Positions 62,822 through 64,000 of a stretch of 64,000 bases of DNA are shown in pieces (within the stretch, counting starts at the first letter, position 1; each line of letters opens with the position of its first letter). The notes under the pieces are model-generated. The model saw only the letters and a program-made list of their open reading frames with translations, did not search any database and had not been told where the DNA came from. Location: positions 92,504,001 through 92,568,000 of the forward strand of contig NC_043004.1 of assembly GCF_006345805.1 (NCBI RefSeq), read 5' to 3'. The position numbers and the translations under genes were made by a program. The stretch is from Octopus sinensis (Eukaryota).

Positions 62822-62930
62822 GCTCATGTGTGTGTGTGAGTGCAAACGTTTAAGCTTACAATCATAAGTAGAAACAGTGTTCTCAATACAGATATACTGT
62901 AAATGTCTACTGCAGTGACGTTCCTAACGT

Positions 62931-63250
62931 GAAGGTGCCTGGCTTAGTGGTCAGGGTATTCAACTCACGATCGTAAGGTCATGAGTTCGGATCCTGGCCG
63001 CGGATTGTGTCTTTAAGCAAAATATTTTATTTCACGTTGCTCCGGTTCACTCACCTCGCAAAAGTGATTTGTACCTGTAATTCAAAACGGCCAGCCCTAC
63101 CACATTCTGTATCACGCTGAATATCCCTGAGAACTACATTAAGGGTGTGCGTGTCTGTGGAGTGCTCAGCCACTTTGCTCGTTAATTTCACGAGCAGGCT
63201 GTTCCGTTGATCAGATCAACTGGAACGCTCGTCGTCGTAGCCGACGGAGT
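62931..63250 (+). mobile_element. SINE group C copy (tail type 1)
   Basis: Diverged copy of 33218-33541. Confidence 0.88.
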
Positions 63251-63414
63251 AACATTTTTGTTGTTTTCAATGATCATACGTTGGAATCTCCTGTCGTGTA
63301 CGACTGCTGAAATGTTCTGCATTTCCTTGCTGAATAGCAAACACAGATGATTTGCTTATAGTGATCAAATGTTTGTGCTGTGCATTAACCCACTCCCTCC
63401 ATCCGATCGACACT

Positions 63415-63578
63415 GCCTGTACAGGTGAAAGGTTTATCACAGGTCAGGTGTCGAAGTGATCGCAGAGCAACGTGAGACGAAGTGTTTTGTTCAAGAACAG
63501 AACGCATCGCCCGGTCCGGGAATCGAAGCTATGATCCCGTGTTCGTAAGTGCAGCGCCCTAACCACTAGGCCGCTTGC
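63415..63578 (-). mobile_element. SINE group C-like head fragment
   Basis: Minus strand GCGGCCTAGTGGTTAGGGCG..GCTTCGATTCCCGGACCGG..TTCTTGAACAAAACACTT..TCACGTTGCTC. Confidence 0.8.
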
Positions 63579-63595
63579 TTTCATATTATATACCT

Positions 63596-63825
63596 ATTTC
63601 TTTATTACCCACAAGGGGCTAAACATAGAGGGGACAAACAAGGACAGACATAGATATTAAGTCAATTATATCGACGCCAGTGCGTAACTGGTACTTAATT
63701 TATCGACCCCGAAAGGATGAAAGGCAAAGTCGACCTCGGCGGAATTTGAACTCACAACGTAACGCAGACGAAATACCGCTAAGCATTTCGCCCGGCGTGC
63801 TAACGTTTCTGCCAGCTCGCTGCTT
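63596..63825 (-). mobile_element. SINE group A, full length
   Basis: Near-identical to 21797-22030; imperfect TCATAT(T)ATATACC duplication on both flanks. Confidence 0.93.
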
Positions 63826-63837
63826 TCATATATACCA

Positions 63838-63872
<35 letters not shown>

Positions 63873-64000
63873 CGTATGTTGAATGGTACTTCTTTTCGTT
63901 TTCCTCAAATATACATTCATACACGCATATATGCGTACATACATACATACACACACACACGTATATATATATATATAATATATATATAAATATATATATA

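Overview
AT-rich, microsatellite-saturated, essentially non-coding eukaryotic (metazoan) DNA with no recognisable intact host protein-coding gene, rRNA, true tRNA gene or CRISPR array. The repeat families look like those of an octopus/coleoid cephalopod genome; this is inference from recalled SINE sequences, not a database result. Most of the window is a mosaic of decayed transposons: at least three tRNA-derived SINE groups (about 30 copies), Penelope-like retroelement relics (RT and GIY-YIG pieces), two R4/Dong-type RLE LINE families, RTE/RTE-X and CR1 LINE 3' ends, two mariner relics, hAT MITEs, a Helitron RepHel relic and several non-autonomous Helitrons with intact TC...CTAG ends. Almost all supplied ORFs are microsatellite translations. 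The most notable observations are: (i) short hammerhead-ribozyme-bearing Penelope-type repeats arranged as fold-back inverted repeats (8.4-8.75 kb, 26.5-27.8 kb, 34.6-34.8 kb), including a chain of three inverted repeats joined base-precisely to a local duplication at 6-9 kb; (ii) RLE LINE copies sitting in family-specific microsatellites, one fused back-to-back to a two-C2H2-finger LINE tail; (iii) a textbook recursive-splice-site motif at 9201/9202; (iv) a speculative two-exon signal-peptide ORF at 46.6-47.0 kb interrupted by one UAG that A-to-I editing could recode. Repeat boundaries were read by eye and are approximate unless termini or TSDs are quoted.
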